A stretch of 51,887 nt of DNA from a virus (IMGVR_UViG_2524023210_000007:80429-132315); one strand, 5' to 3'. Positions 10,401 to 20,668 are shown, counted from the stretch's first letter. Translations and numbers: made by a program. Notes: generated by a model not told the origin, from the sequence alone.

Positions 10401-11755
10401 AGTTGGCGAAGTCTGTCCAGATCGCTAGCGACAGGGCAAAGGCATTCAAGACCGAATTCGAGACCTCGGTTTCGTCGATGAATACGGCGAACCAGGCCAT
10501 CACGGCGTTCTCGCCATCGCAGAAGGGAGCGGTCGCCTACCAGCAGCAGATGGACTCGACGCTTCGGTCGAACCTGACGCTGACCGAGCGCCAAACCCTT
10601 GCTGATCTGGCGGCCGCCAATGCCGTCAAGCAAGCCACGACGGCGCTTTCCGAGCAGGCGCGCGCGCGGGCGCTGACCGCCAATCAGAGCGTCCAGAGCG
10701 AGCAGATCGAGATCGACTTGCTCGGAAAGACTATCGGCCAGCAAGCCGAGATCCGCGCCAACCTGCAAGCCCGGCAGCAATTGGAGCAGGAAGCCAGCCA
10801 GAACAGGACGGCATTCGACGAGGCGCAGTATCAACGGCTCCAGAAGATCAACGCCGAGCTCGGTCGACGCACGCAACTCGCTGCGGTGGCCGCCGTCAAT
10901 GACAACGTTCAGTTTGGCGCCAGGACTTCGCTGTTGTCGCCCGATGACGTTCAAATCGCGCAGCAACTGCGCGGGATCTACCCGGACGTCACGCAGGCGC
11001 TCAGCAGCGTCGAGGCCGCCGGCCTGCGCGCCAATGCCGCGCTGAGCCAGGTCTCATCGTCGGTATCGAACAACCTCACCACTGGCTTCGCCGATGCAGT
11101 CGACGGCACCAAGACGTTCGGGCAGGCGGTGTCGGATACCAGCAAGCTGGTGATCCGGGCAATCGAGGAGATGATCATCAAGATCACGATCGTCGGCCCG
11201 CTGCTCCGGGCGCTCCAGACGTCGATCGGCGGGCCGCTCGGAGGTCTCCTCGGTGGTGGTGACCTCGGTTCGTCACTTGGCTCCGCCGGCATCACCTATG
11301 GCACGCCCGGGGCAGCCGGCAGCAACCTCTTCGGTCCCCTGGCGCCGAGCGCGCGCGGCAACATCTTCGGCGGCGGCAACATCATCCCGTTCCGGCTCGG
11401 CGGCGTCGTGACGCGACCGACGCTGTTCCCGATGGCGAACGGCGGCACCGGACTGATGGGCGAAGCCGGCGAGGAAGCCGTGATGCCGCTGCGGCGCGGT
11501 CGTGACGGCCGCCTCGGCGTCTCGGCAACAGGTGGCGCGGCCGCGAATGACAACGTCGGCGCCGGTGTCGTGGTGAACATCTTCAACGCACCGTCGGGAT
11601 CGACGGCCGAGTCCAGGGTGTCTCAGGGACCTGGCGGAACGACCGTCGACGTCTTCCTCAAGAACGCGGTCACCGGCGTGCTTCTGGATGATGCCGCCAG
11701 GAACGGTCCGATCTCGCAGGCGATCGCCGTCCGCCAGCGCGGATATGGAGTGTAA
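7403..11755 (+). CDS. Tail tape measure protein
   Basis: 1450 aa, Ala-rich helical; GYQINDVVTGLALGQSPFMILAQQGGQ motif; C-terminal GLMGEAGEEAVMPL. Confidence 0.92.
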   Translation: MAGVALSSLRVTSDFDASAYARGAQQKIDADNRMIASDRARNAALKQADAALAKAIPGVGGLSKSLLEGYSAGAQFEAMIRRINNAMDRGLGLDRANLLLDAAYRKFGLFADAQQIAERGSLELANAVNQLNNAYSVQAEVAARAAAAAEQAGAAQQAQARYTGQFGISGAASVPSATANQVAARVDAEQRLSAVMARRVDLEDQLKTAQSATASTVSDLEAKIRSAAVTTDAANKVVLVNIQKVNELWQKERDFFIEPGNQGKLPGALDFIKNFSGGQFSASTLGVLGGGQVGFDDGRNRFAAMRDLGFSAAPVAMDQESIENAKRLGLIVVQTEQDVATKVAAIQQSILENDRRVAQERINVASATQARIDDSLREAPQSSEFFGSARASADAFMAQFGGLEGIAKARASEAAAAFADELDRRMIAGAAKSARDSASVFEAELRQVEEVARLRAQQAGSEFQRSFNASLGIGGPSATSQGATYSALAAQIERLDQIEQARAAHNAQQFQANINLASGIDRQAKSARDSAAIFLQAAQAEEAAAKSAADLRAQIDPMGTEFARLGAQMADYRKLLNDGVISANEYEQAQVLLAKRLTDVQQQLNTTSRIGRVTSGEMANLGYQINDVVTGLALGQSPFMILAQQGGQFFQIFQASKASLSEFVTAASSGFMSILSVGRVAWGGVAAATGIALLALNSYLTAQEKVTMGLLGAGRAAGTNNAGITAIAEAGSSPTGLSVSEARELATALASTGKVANDNLLPIVQTGKDISRIFGVDATEAAKMLADAFADPIRGADQLNQRLGFMDAASRRNIQNLVDQNNLYGAQRALLSGVQQGLQGVSDATSLTSKGWTALGNAISNGWDALGKFITKSLGLDSGLEEQLAKAKAQLDELKKSGGYLFAYGMEMPIKLDNSAVQAQQERVDQLTAAIERNKNAASAAAAAQRSFLVESTARSLEPEIADREKLTNDLVVLKSALDSIAQDEAAGARLQQLELSMEQLAKSVQIASDRAKAFKTEFETSVSSMNTANQAITAFSPSQKGAVAYQQQMDSTLRSNLTLTERQTLADLAAANAVKQATTALSEQARARALTANQSVQSEQIEIDLLGKTIGQQAEIRANLQARQQLEQEASQNRTAFDEAQYQRLQKINAELGRRTQLAAVAAVNDNVQFGARTSLLSPDDVQIAQQLRGIYPDVTQALSSVEAAGLRANAALSQVSSSVSNNLTTGFADAVDGTKTFGQAVSDTSKLVIRAIEEMIIKITIVGPLLRALQTSIGGPLGGLLGGGDLGSSLGSAGITYGTPGAAGSNLFGPLAPSARGNIFGGGNIIPFRLGGVVTRPTLFPMANGGTGLMGEAGEEAVMPLRRGRDGRLGVSATGGAAANDNVGAGVVVNIFNAPSGSTAESRVSQGPGGTTVDVFLKNAVTGVLLDDAARNGPISQAIAVRQRGYGV

Positions 11756-11758
11756 CGG

Positions 11759-12130
11759 ATGGCTCTTCCGTCATGGCCGGCCGTTAACTATCGCCCGCAG
11801 CGGGACGGCTTCCAACCCATCAAGCGGTTTCTGGATCCGCTTGCAACCGACATGGAGGGCGGCAACACCAGGCAGCGCCCGCGGCCCGGGGACAACGTCG
11901 GCACGATCACCCAAACGATCAATCTCACAATAGCCGAGCACAATATCTTCGTGCCGTGGGTGAAAACCACGTTGAACAACGGTACGGCGAGATTCACGGC
12001 CAATGTGTGGCTTGGATCTTCCTATGCCTCCAAGACCTGCCAGTTCACGAAGGATGGGAAGCCAACCTATTCGCCGATCTCATCGAGCCACGTCGCGGTG
12101 ACGATGACTCTTCGGGTTTACGATCTCTGA
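11759..12130 (+). CDS. Distal tail / minor tail protein
   Basis: 123 aa directly after tape measure; TDMEGGNTRQR motif. Confidence 0.6.
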   Translation: MALPSWPAVNYRPQRDGFQPIKRFLDPLATDMEGGNTRQRPRPGDNVGTITQTINLTIAEHNIFVPWVKTTLNNGTARFTANVWLGSSYASKTCQFTKDGKPTYSPISSSHVAVTMTLRVYDL

Positions 12131-12657
12131 TGCCGACCCATAGCGAAGCGTTGCTCGAGGCCTATGCGTCGTGTCGACCGAGCTCGCGCATCTTCTACAC
12201 GCTGGAGATCTGGCAGGCATCGTTCGCAGAGCCTGCGCGAGTCGTCACGAACGTCGGAGACGATATGACCTTCGGCATCGAGGCCGGCGCGCCGCGCAAC
12301 GGCGGCGAGATGGTGACGTTCATCGCCTGCCCGTTCCAAGCGAGTTATCCGGAGCAGCGGGAAGGGCAACCGCCGCAAACCAATATCAAGATCGACAATG
12401 TCAATCGCGAGTTGGTGCCCAAGGTCCGCGCTGCGATGTCGGTCCGGCAGTACATCCAGGTGCTGTATCGCGAGTACCTCAACAACGATCTGACGGAGCC
12501 CGCCTATGGGCCGGTCGAGTTCGAATTACGCAACGTGAAAATTGTCGGCGTCTCGATGACCGGGACCGTGATGGTGAAAAACCTGCAGAACAAGCGGTTT
12601 CCGCGGCTCACCAAGAACTACGACTACGTTCAGTTTCCCAGCTTGCTGCCGACGTGA
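12130..12657 (+). CDS. Tail tip protein (DUF1833-like)
   Basis: ATG overlaps previous stop; FIACPF...PEQ..G.PP...I.IDNV.RE motif. Confidence 0.7.
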   Translation: MPTHSEALLEAYASCRPSSRIFYTLEIWQASFAEPARVVTNVGDDMTFGIEAGAPRNGGEMVTFIACPFQASYPEQREGQPPQTNIKIDNVNRELVPKVRAAMSVRQYIQVLYREYLNNDLTEPAYGPVEFELRNVKIVGVSMTGTVMVKNLQNKRFPRLTKNYDYVQFPSLLPT

Positions 12658-13067
12658 CCCGTTCCGAATTCCTCTCGCCGCTGATCGGCGAGCCGTGGGC
12701 TTGGCAATCCCGCAATTGCTGGGACTTCGCCTGCCATGTGCAGCGCGAACTGTTCGCACGCGCGCTTCCGGCGATCGCGGTGCCGGCCGATTTCTCCAGG
12801 CGCTGGGTGCTGGACGAGTTCGCGGCTCATCCGGAGCGCGCGCTATGGCGCGAGGTTGCCGAGGGGCCGGGCGGCCTGGTGACGGCCGCCGACGGCGCGT
12901 TGGTGCTGATGGCGCACCTGCGCTTTCCCGCGCATATCGGCGTCTGGTTGAGGCCAGAGGCGCGGATCATCCATTGCGACGGCAAGACTGGCGTCGCCTG
13001 TGAGACCCCGCTGGCGCTGCGCCAGATGGGCTGGAAGAAGCTGACGTTCTTCGAACCGAGATCCTGA
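12654..13067 (+). CDS. NlpC/P60-family tail tip peptidase (gpK-like)
   Basis: GTG start; IGEPW....RNCWDF Cys motif, HIGVW and HCD. Confidence 0.8.
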   Translation: MTRSEFLSPLIGEPWAWQSRNCWDFACHVQRELFARALPAIAVPADFSRRWVLDEFAAHPERALWREVAEGPGGLVTAADGALVLMAHLRFPAHIGVWLRPEARIIHCDGKTGVACETPLALRQMGWKKLTFFEPRS

Positions 13068-16000
13068 TGCACCGAACAGCAAAGAAATTCTCGGCGCTCC
13101 CGACGCCGCAACGTTCCCGCGCGCGCCGTGAGCGCCGCAGCGATGCCGCGCGGCAGCCGGTGCTGCATGTCGTCACGCCGGGCCTCGAGGTCGCCCGGGA
13201 GACGCCGCGAAAGGGCGAAACGGTGACGGCCTTCCTGCGCCGCTCCGGCTGGGCCACGCATGACCGCAAGTATGGATGGGAATTTCGCAAGGGACTGCCG
13301 ACCATCCTTGAGATCAACGGCGAGGCGGTGCTGCGCAAGGATTGGCGGCGCCGGCGGATCTCCGCCAACGACAATGTACGGTTCGTTTCGCACCCGCTCG
13401 GCGGTGGTGGCAGCGGCGATACGGCCAAGCAGGTGGTTGGCCTGGTCGCGCTCATCGCGGTGTCGGCGTTCGCGCTCTGGGCCGGACCGGCATTGTTCGG
13501 CGCCGGCACATTCGGTGCCTATGCAACAACGGCAGGTTTGGGCATCGCCGGCGCGCTTGCGATCAATGCGCTCACGGCGCCCAAGCCGGGTGCCACCAAC
13601 GCCCCGGATGCGACGCAGGATCAGATCTATTCGGCCTCCGCGCAGGGTAACGTCGCCAAACTCGGCCAGCCGCTGCCGGTCTGGTATGGGCGCCTCAAGC
13701 GCTATCCTGATCTCGCCGCGACGCCCTGGAGCGAGTTCGTCGGCAACGATCAATATCTGAACATCTTGCTGTCTGTGACGATGGGGAGCCTCGAATACGA
13801 GAGGCTATTCATCGACGACACCGTGCTTTGGGATTTTGTGACCGGGATTTCGGCGTCCTATCCCGGCGCGCAGGTCGCGTTCTATGAGCCGGGCCAGCAG
13901 GTCACGCTTTTCCCGACCAACGTCGCGGCGTCGGACGAAGTGACCGGCCAGCAGTTGCCTGATGGTAGCGGAACGACCGGTGGTTTCTTCGTCCCGGCGA
14001 CTGGGACATCGCCGGGTGCGTGGATCGGGCCGTTCGCGGCCAATCCACCGGGCACGCAGGCGCAATCGCTCGCGGTCGACTTCGTCATGCCGGCCGGCTG
14101 CGCCACTTTCAACCAGACCAACAATGGTGGCCGCGTCGGTTATGGCACGGTGCCGCTCACGGCGGAATACTGCCAGATCGACGACGCCGGCACGCAGATC
14201 AGTTCGTTCGTGCCGCTGTTCTCCGCCATCCTCAGCTATGGCTCGACCAGCCCGATCCGAGACAGCCGCAAGGTGGATGTCGCGCCGGGTCGCTACGCCG
14301 TCCGTTTCCGCCGCAACGATGCGGCGTTCGATTCCTCGCTTGGCTCGAACCAGGTAGTCTGGGCCGGCCTGCGCGCCTTCCTGAAGGGCGACAACTCGTT
14401 CCCCGACGTCTCGACGGTCGCGATCCGCCTGCTTGCTTCACAGTCGACGCAGGGATCTTTCAAATTCGGCGTGCTCGGCACCCGCAAACTGCCGGTCTGG
14501 AACGGCTCGAGCTTCGTCACCCAGGCGACGCGCAATCCAGGCTGGGTGTTTTTGGACGCCGTCACTAACGCGCAATATGGATCCGGCCTGCCGATCTCGA
14601 AGGTCGATTTCAACGCGGTAGTCGCCTTCGCTGCTGGCTGCACCAGCCGCAGCGATACCTTCAATTATTGCTTCACTACTGCCGTCGCGGTGCCGGAGGC
14701 CTTCGACAAGGCTCTGACGGTGGCGCGGTCGCGGCATTTCTGGCTCGGTGACACGGTCTCAGTGGTGCGCGATGAGTGGCGCGACGTACCGACCATGTTG
14801 CTGACGGATCGCGAGATCGTCCGCGACTCGACGCAGGTCACCATCACCCAGCTTGGGGAGGATGATCCTGACGCCGTCATCGTCGAATATATCGACGAGA
14901 ATACCTGGCTGGCTGCACAGGTGCAGTATCCGCCGAATTCACCAACCTTCACTGCCCAGAACGCCGAGACGAAAAGAATCGACGGCGGCACCGACCGGAA
15001 CCAGATGTTTCGAGAATGTGCGTTCTGGTACCTACAATCGATCTATCGCCGCGAGGCGGTGCAGATCGGGACGGAATACGAGGGTAGGGCGATCACCTTC
15101 GGTTCGGTGCTCCGGGTACAGTCCGAATTGCCAGAGGCTTACGGCTACGGCGGCGCCGTGGTCGCGGTCGATAGCAACGAACTGACGCTGTCGCCGGCGC
15201 CGGTGTGGGATAGCGGACCGTTCTATATCCGGCTGCGGCGGCCGAACGGAAAGTTCTTCGGGCCTGTGCTGGCGGGGCCTGGCTCGAGCGCGGCAATAGC
15301 CGTTCTGGACGCAGCCAGCCTTGCCGCTGCCGAGAGCTCACAGAGCACTACGCTCGCGGCTGTGCTGGCGCGCGAGGATGGTGGCGAGGATCCCAGCTTC
15401 GAGCTCGGTACCGGCGTCTCTTCCTCGAAGCTCTGCATGGTGCTCAGTGGCCAGCCGAATGGCGAACTCTGCACCCTGAGTCTGGTGGTCGACGACCAGC
15501 GCGTGCACGCGACCGATCTCGGTACTCCGCCGGTGCTGCCTGTTGGGCAATTCCCGGCCAACGATAAGGTGCCGCTGATCGTCGGGCTGAACGCGATGTT
15601 CAGCCAGGGCATCGCCGAGCCGGTGCTCGCGGCGAGCTGGTTTCCATCCGCCGGCGCGATCTATTACATCGCCGACGTCAGCTATGACAGCGGCAACTCC
15701 TGGATCCAGGTCTACGAGGGCGCCGACAACAAGTTCGACAACAAGGTGGTGACGCCGGCCGCGCTGCGGCTGCGCGTGCAGGCCGTCACCAGCCTGCTGC
15801 GCGGGCCGTATGCGACGGTAGACCTCTCGGCTCCGACGGTCGAAATTGCCAGCGGCGCGGTTGCGCTGAAGTCGCTGATCGACGGCATCAAATATCAGAT
15901 CACGACGCTGATGAACGAAATCAATGACAAGATTGTCGATATCAATCAGCGCATCGCCGCAATCGCCGACAAGGACGCTAGCGATTGGATCGACAGGGAG

Positions 16001-16561
16001 GAGATACGGAGCCAACTGGCCGCTCGGGGTAATGCTGCCTCAGCGGAGATCAACGAGGTACGCCTAGTCGCGGTCGGTACCGCGGATGCATTGGCATCGT
16101 TTTCGCAAGAAGTGACAGCGACGTTCGGCCCGGCGTTTTCCTCCGTCAAGACGGTTTCGCAGGCTGTGGCGACACTGGATGGATACGCCGCGGCGTCGTG
16201 GTCTATCATGCTCAACGTCAACGGGGCCTGGTCCGGAATCCAGTTGGTCGATGGCAGCGATAGCGAAAGCGTCATCAACCTTCTGGCATCCAACGTCAAG
16301 ATATCGCTACCTGGCTTCAATGGCGACGATCCTTACGACCTCTTCGCTACGGGCTTGGTCGGCGGCGTGCCATCGGTTGGCATCAACGGCAATCTGATCC
16401 TCAACGGCACGATCACGGCAGTCATGATGAACGTGGGGACGCTGAGCGCAATCAGCGTCAACGCCGGTGACATCCGAGCCGGCACGCTTGCCGATCCGAC
16501 TGCATCCCGCATGTTCATTGATTTGAACAACGCGCGCATAACGGTATCGGATAACACCTGA
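13067..16561 (+). CDS. Host-specificity / central tail tip protein (gpJ-like, with N-terminal gpI-like region)
   Basis: 1164 aa; GQPLPVWYG, TRNPGW, PDAVIVEYID motifs. Confidence 0.85.
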   Translation: MHRTAKKFSALPTPQRSRARRERRSDAARQPVLHVVTPGLEVARETPRKGETVTAFLRRSGWATHDRKYGWEFRKGLPTILEINGEAVLRKDWRRRRISANDNVRFVSHPLGGGGSGDTAKQVVGLVALIAVSAFALWAGPALFGAGTFGAYATTAGLGIAGALAINALTAPKPGATNAPDATQDQIYSASAQGNVAKLGQPLPVWYGRLKRYPDLAATPWSEFVGNDQYLNILLSVTMGSLEYERLFIDDTVLWDFVTGISASYPGAQVAFYEPGQQVTLFPTNVAASDEVTGQQLPDGSGTTGGFFVPATGTSPGAWIGPFAANPPGTQAQSLAVDFVMPAGCATFNQTNNGGRVGYGTVPLTAEYCQIDDAGTQISSFVPLFSAILSYGSTSPIRDSRKVDVAPGRYAVRFRRNDAAFDSSLGSNQVVWAGLRAFLKGDNSFPDVSTVAIRLLASQSTQGSFKFGVLGTRKLPVWNGSSFVTQATRNPGWVFLDAVTNAQYGSGLPISKVDFNAVVAFAAGCTSRSDTFNYCFTTAVAVPEAFDKALTVARSRHFWLGDTVSVVRDEWRDVPTMLLTDREIVRDSTQVTITQLGEDDPDAVIVEYIDENTWLAAQVQYPPNSPTFTAQNAETKRIDGGTDRNQMFRECAFWYLQSIYRREAVQIGTEYEGRAITFGSVLRVQSELPEAYGYGGAVVAVDSNELTLSPAPVWDSGPFYIRLRRPNGKFFGPVLAGPGSSAAIAVLDAASLAAAESSQSTTLAAVLAREDGGEDPSFELGTGVSSSKLCMVLSGQPNGELCTLSLVVDDQRVHATDLGTPPVLPVGQFPANDKVPLIVGLNAMFSQGIAEPVLAASWFPSAGAIYYIADVSYDSGNSWIQVYEGADNKFDNKVVTPAALRLRVQAVTSLLRGPYATVDLSAPTVEIASGAVALKSLIDGIKYQITTLMNEINDKIVDINQRIAAIADKDASDWIDREEIRSQLAARGNAASAEINEVRLVAVGTADALASFSQEVTATFGPAFSSVKTVSQAVATLDGYAAASWSIMLNVNGAWSGIQLVDGSDSESVINLLASNVKISLPGFNGDDPYDLFATGLVGGVPSVGINGNLILNGTITAVMMNVGTLSAISVNAGDIRAGTLADPTASRMFIDLNNARITVSDNT

Positions 16562-17004
16562 TGGCCCGACGTTTGGTCATCGGTCAGCAAGCGGACGGCA
16601 GTTTCGGTATTCGCTGCTCTGCGCCCGGTTTCGATGCGTTGTTCGCGGCGGACGATGGGCGCTCGATCACGTTTGATAGCCGTTGGGCAGACATCGCAAA
16701 GATACATGCCGTTGGCATCGTCCCCTGGTCCGCAGCGGCGTGGCAGCAAGTCGATAGCTTGGGAAACGTCCTCACTTTCCCTGGGTTTGCCGCTGTATGG
16801 CCTGCGCTTCCGTACAAGCCGTTTATCGAGGTGCGGGCGTTCACTGGCGGAAACGTCGTCCGCGATGATTGGTGGTCGGCGGCGGCGCCGATGGGGAATC
16901 CCGCTGCAATTCTCACCAATGCTTTTCGTATGGGCGGGAATTCTAGTTACGCGGGATACAGCGCAATCTATGTCGTCTATCGAATTCCGGTGCCATCCGG
17001 ATGA
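16561..17004 (+). CDS. Tail tip accessory protein 1
   Basis: 147 aa, translationally coupled to J; N-terminus RRLVIGQ. Confidence 0.65.
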   Translation: MARRLVIGQQADGSFGIRCSAPGFDALFAADDGRSITFDSRWADIAKIHAVGIVPWSAAAWQQVDSLGNVLTFPGFAAVWPALPYKPFIEVRAFTGGNVVRDDWWSAAAPMGNPAAILTNAFRMGGNSSYAGYSAIYVVYRIPVPSG

Positions 17005-17387
17005 GTGATCGCGTTGTTATTGGTCAACGCGCAAATGGTGAATATGGCTTGTTCGTTTCACCGCCGGGCGTAAGCGCAATGTTTGCGCCCGATGACGCGC
17101 TGTTGCTAAGCGTTACGCAAAAGGTATCTCAGCTGATCCTAATGGGGCGGGTGAATTCCAATCAAACGATTGCCCTTGGACTAGGGCGTACACCGGTTGT
17201 GCTGATCACGAGTCAGTTCAATTGGAGTAGCGTCATTGGTCATTCGCTCGGGCCAGGGCCATTTCGACCATCGCCCGCGCCCGGGTCGGGACAATCTAAC
17301 TGCATCATCAACGGTAACGGCGCATCGATGACGATACAATTGTCGCTACCAACGACATACCAAGTTTATAATTCGGCAATCACCTAA
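17001..17387 (+). CDS. Tail tip accessory protein 2
   Basis: 128 aa; N-terminus DRVVIGQ. Confidence 0.65.
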   Translation: MSDRVVIGQRANGEYGLFVSPPGVSAMFAPDDALLLSVTQKVSQLILMGRVNSNQTIALGLGRTPVVLITSQFNWSSVIGHSLGPGPFRPSPAPGSGQSNCIINGNGASMTIQLSLPTTYQVYNSAIT

Positions 17388-17873
17388 ATGGCCCGACGCG
17401 TCATCATCGAAAGCAACGCTGCATCTCCGTTGTTGGTGTCTGTCCCGGGCGTCGACGCGGCGGGCGCGCAATTCAATCAGGTCATCTTCAACGGCAATCA
17501 ACCGCCGCTCCGTTTGGTCGCAACCGGTGTTTCGCTGGTCCCTGGAATTTTCAATAGCGAATATGCTGGCGGAAAAAACATCAACGAGGGACCACCGACA
17601 TTTATTTTCACACCGCCACCGGGCGTAACTCCCGTGTTCATCGTCGCGGTTCGCAACATCAACGAAACTAACCCGGTATTGCAAACACCATATTTCGGCA
17701 TCGGAGCAAGTGGTGGCCCGGGGCAGGCAACCGGAGCAGGCGGCGGCATGGTTGCCGCAGGCTATTTCTGTCCTGCGAACTTCGATGCGGGCTTAATCGT
17801 ACCACCGGGACAATCGGACGTCGCGGGTGATCCATATTACGTCAATCATTGCGTGTTCCGGAATGTGAACTAG
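17388..17873 (+). CDS. Tail tip accessory protein 3
   Basis: 161 aa; N-terminus RRVIIES. Confidence 0.65.
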   Translation: MARRVIIESNAASPLLVSVPGVDAAGAQFNQVIFNGNQPPLRLVATGVSLVPGIFNSEYAGGKNINEGPPTFIFTPPPGVTPVFIVAVRNINETNPVLQTPYFGIGASGGPGQATGAGGGMVAAGYFCPANFDAGLIVPPGQSDVAGDPYYVNHCVFRNVN

Positions 17874-17886
17874 GGGGACGATCAGA

Positions 17887-18348
17887 ATGCTGTACGTCAC
17901 GTATGATCGAGACGGATCAATCAATGGTCAACTCGGCATGATCACGCAAGCCAATAAGTTTTTCGGCAGTCCGCAGGAATTGGCCTCTTATGAGGAGGTT
18001 GCACGCGATCAACTGAAGCAACAGTTCATCAAAGAGAACTCTCCCGGTCTTGTACCACCGGAGTTTTGGTATGTACGCAACGACGCTTTGACAGAACGTC
18101 CGGTGTTAACGAGCATCGGCGTTACCAAAACGATAATAAAGCCGTCCAATGGTGACGATTATGCTCTGATCACAGGCATTCCAGCGGATTCGAAGTATAA
18201 GGTTTACGGCGCGAACGAATTGATTGCTTTCGGTGTGATGGACAGCACCGAAATGCAAGTCAGCATTCCAGTGCCGATGGTCTACGTGATCTACTTGGAC
18301 AAGTGGCCCTATCAGACATTCAAACTCGAGATCAGGGCGCAACTCTGA
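17887..18348 (+). CDS. Hypothetical tail protein
   Basis: 153 aa in operon. Confidence 0.6.
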   Translation: MLYVTYDRDGSINGQLGMITQANKFFGSPQELASYEEVARDQLKQQFIKENSPGLVPPEFWYVRNDALTERPVLTSIGVTKTIIKPSNGDDYALITGIPADSKYKVYGANELIAFGVMDSTEMQVSIPVPMVYVIYLDKWPYQTFKLEIRAQL

Positions 18349-18671
18349 TGGTCGTGATCAACATTGACCCAATGCCCGCGATACGCGCCGCCAAGAAAGA
18401 AGCGGTGAATGCCAACTTCAATGCCGCGAATGCCTCTCACGTTGAGCAAGCGCACATGCAGAAGCGCCTCTGGGCGCAAGCGCAGGACCAGCGGCTGAAG
18501 CCGGAGGCGGACTTGCGCGGCATCACCGTGGCCGATCTCGCCGCTATCATTCTGGCGAAGCCAGACACCTTCGCCGAGCGTGAACTGCAACGCCAGAAGA
18601 TCATGCTGCAGATTGAGGCGGCAACAACACCGGCCGAACTTGACGCTGTCAATGGTCGAACCGTGACCTGA
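18348..18671 (+). CDS. Possible tail fibre assembly protein
   Basis: ATG overlaps stop; helical, C-terminal IEAATTPAELDAV typical of fibre chaperones. Confidence 0.5.
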   Translation: MVVINIDPMPAIRAAKKEAVNANFNAANASHVEQAHMQKRLWAQAQDQRLKPEADLRGITVADLAAIILAKPDTFAERELQRQKIMLQIEAATTPAELDAVNGRTVT

Positions 18672-18763
18672 CCGGCTTAGGGCCGAGAACCTCAAGAATT
18701 AAATTCTGATTATCGAGGCGCCGAACCGCGCCGCGAACTTCTTTCTATTCAGAAAGGGGAACA

Positions 18764-20668
18764 ATGGCTGCTTTCCCGAGCTACTCGACCGGTACGGTTT
18801 CCGTTGGGAACGGTGATCCCACGATCGTCGTCGCCGGTGCGATCTTGTCTGGCGGAAACGCGATGCCTGGTGATGACATCGTCATTCTCGGTCACACCGT
18901 GATCGTCCAAGATGTGATCGACATCGGGCAAATCGAAATCGATCCGTGGCCCTACGACGATGTGGCTCCTGGAACGCCATACAAGATCGTCCAGCGATCG
19001 CCGCAGCGTTACGGAAGCCAGGAGTTGGCGAATGTCAGGGCTCTGTTGAACGTTCTGCGCGTCAAGGGCCTGCTATGGTATCTGGACGTGGCTTGGGACG
19101 ATCCGTCAGAAGCACAGCCGCCTCTTACGGCCGTTGACGGGCAAGGCATCCTGCAGATTGCAACAGGAAAACTCTGGGTCATGCAGGGTGGCGCGTGGAC
19201 GTTTTCCGGCGTCTTCAGAGGGATTAGCCCCAAAGGAGCCTTTGACAACGGAACCGTTTACTCGGCCAATGACATGGTCTCGTCCGCTGGCTCGTCCTAC
19301 GTCTGGATCAACGAGACGCCAGGATCCGGCCATGCCCCGCCGAACGCGACCTATTGGCAAGTTGTCGGCGAGAAGGGTGACAAGGGGGACAAGGGCGATA
19401 CCGGCGCAAGTTACGCCGGCACGTCGACGACGTCGCTCGCGATCGGCCCGGGATCGAAGGCCTTCACGACGCAAGCCGGACTGGCGTATCTCGACGGCGC
19501 TCGTGTGCGCGCCAGTTCGGACGCGAACACCTCGAATTGGATGGAAGGTATCGCGACCTACAGCGGCACGATCCTGACGATCGCGGTGTCCAAGACCAAC
19601 GGATCTGGCACATACGCCGACTGGAATTTCAATGTTGCCGGCGAGCCTGGCGCCGGCGACATGACGTCGTCGAATTATGCTTCTGAATACATCGGTCACG
19701 AAGCGCAGGTGCGCGCGAACATCGCGGCGCAGGCGCTGGGCGATTACGCCGGTATGAGCAACGGCACACTGGTGGCGTCGGCATCGGCCGGCGCTCTAAC
19801 CGTCGCTGTCAAGACGTTTGCGGGGGCCGATCCGAGCGCCGCCGATCCGGTCTATTTCTATTTCCGCGACAGCACACTGACGTCTGGCGCCTTTACGCGT
19901 ATCGCCGTTACATCTGCGCGGTCGGTAGTGATTGGCTCGACCAAGACGCTTGGCGCCGTGAATGGAACTGGCGTGCGAGTGTGGATCACCGCGCATAACA
20001 ACGCCGGGACAGTGCAGCTTGGCGCGATCAATTGTTCGGACACGTCGGGGGTGTTTTGCCCGCAAGAGCACGTCAAATATACGACCGCAGTCCCCGGTAA
20101 CGCTTCCAGAGCTTTCTACACGACATCCGCCATTGCCACCGCGGCGCCGATGCGTTTGCTGGGGTTCTGCGAATGGAATTCGCTGACGACAGCAGGAATG
20201 TGGGTTGCCCCTGAAATCGTGCAGTTGCTTGGCCCTGGTGTCTGCAGACCTGGCCAGGTCGTCCAAACAGCCTTCACCAAGATTTCAACAGTGACGACGA
20301 TAACGACTAATACCCCGACGGGAACCGATTTGATTGCAGGTTTCAACCCCACAAGCACTGCAAACCTTGTACGCGGATCATTTACGGGAAGCGTTCAAAG
20401 CAATAATACAAATCATCGCGCATTCGTTGCTGTGTTTCGTAACGGAGCTGCGTTTCCAAACTTCCCGTTAAGCAGTGTCTTTGCGACTGGAAGTTTTGCT
20501 TCGGCCCCCTGCGCCGGTAGTTGGTTGGATAAGCCTAATTCAACATCTTTGCAAAATTACAGGGTATTCTTGAATAACGACGACAATGCTTCAACTGTTT
20601 CTTTCCCAGATAACGTTGGCACTGGTCAACAAGCCGCTTCGATGACCGTGGACGAGATTATGGGGTGA
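18764..20668 (+). CDS. Tail fibre / receptor-binding protein
   Basis: 634 aa; YSTGTVSV N-terminus, short collagen-like GEKGDKGDKGDTG, beta-rich C-terminus. Confidence 0.8.
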   Translation: MAAFPSYSTGTVSVGNGDPTIVVAGAILSGGNAMPGDDIVILGHTVIVQDVIDIGQIEIDPWPYDDVAPGTPYKIVQRSPQRYGSQELANVRALLNVLRVKGLLWYLDVAWDDPSEAQPPLTAVDGQGILQIATGKLWVMQGGAWTFSGVFRGISPKGAFDNGTVYSANDMVSSAGSSYVWINETPGSGHAPPNATYWQVVGEKGDKGDKGDTGASYAGTSTTSLAIGPGSKAFTTQAGLAYLDGARVRASSDANTSNWMEGIATYSGTILTIAVSKTNGSGTYADWNFNVAGEPGAGDMTSSNYASEYIGHEAQVRANIAAQALGDYAGMSNGTLVASASAGALTVAVKTFAGADPSAADPVYFYFRDSTLTSGAFTRIAVTSARSVVIGSTKTLGAVNGTGVRVWITAHNNAGTVQLGAINCSDTSGVFCPQEHVKYTTAVPGNASRAFYTTSAIATAAPMRLLGFCEWNSLTTAGMWVAPEIVQLLGPGVCRPGQVVQTAFTKISTVTTITTNTPTGTDLIAGFNPTSTANLVRGSFTGSVQSNNTNHRAFVAVFRNGAAFPNFPLSSVFATGSFASAPCAGSWLDKPNSTSLQNYRVFLNNDDNASTVSFPDNVGTGQQAASMTVDEIMG

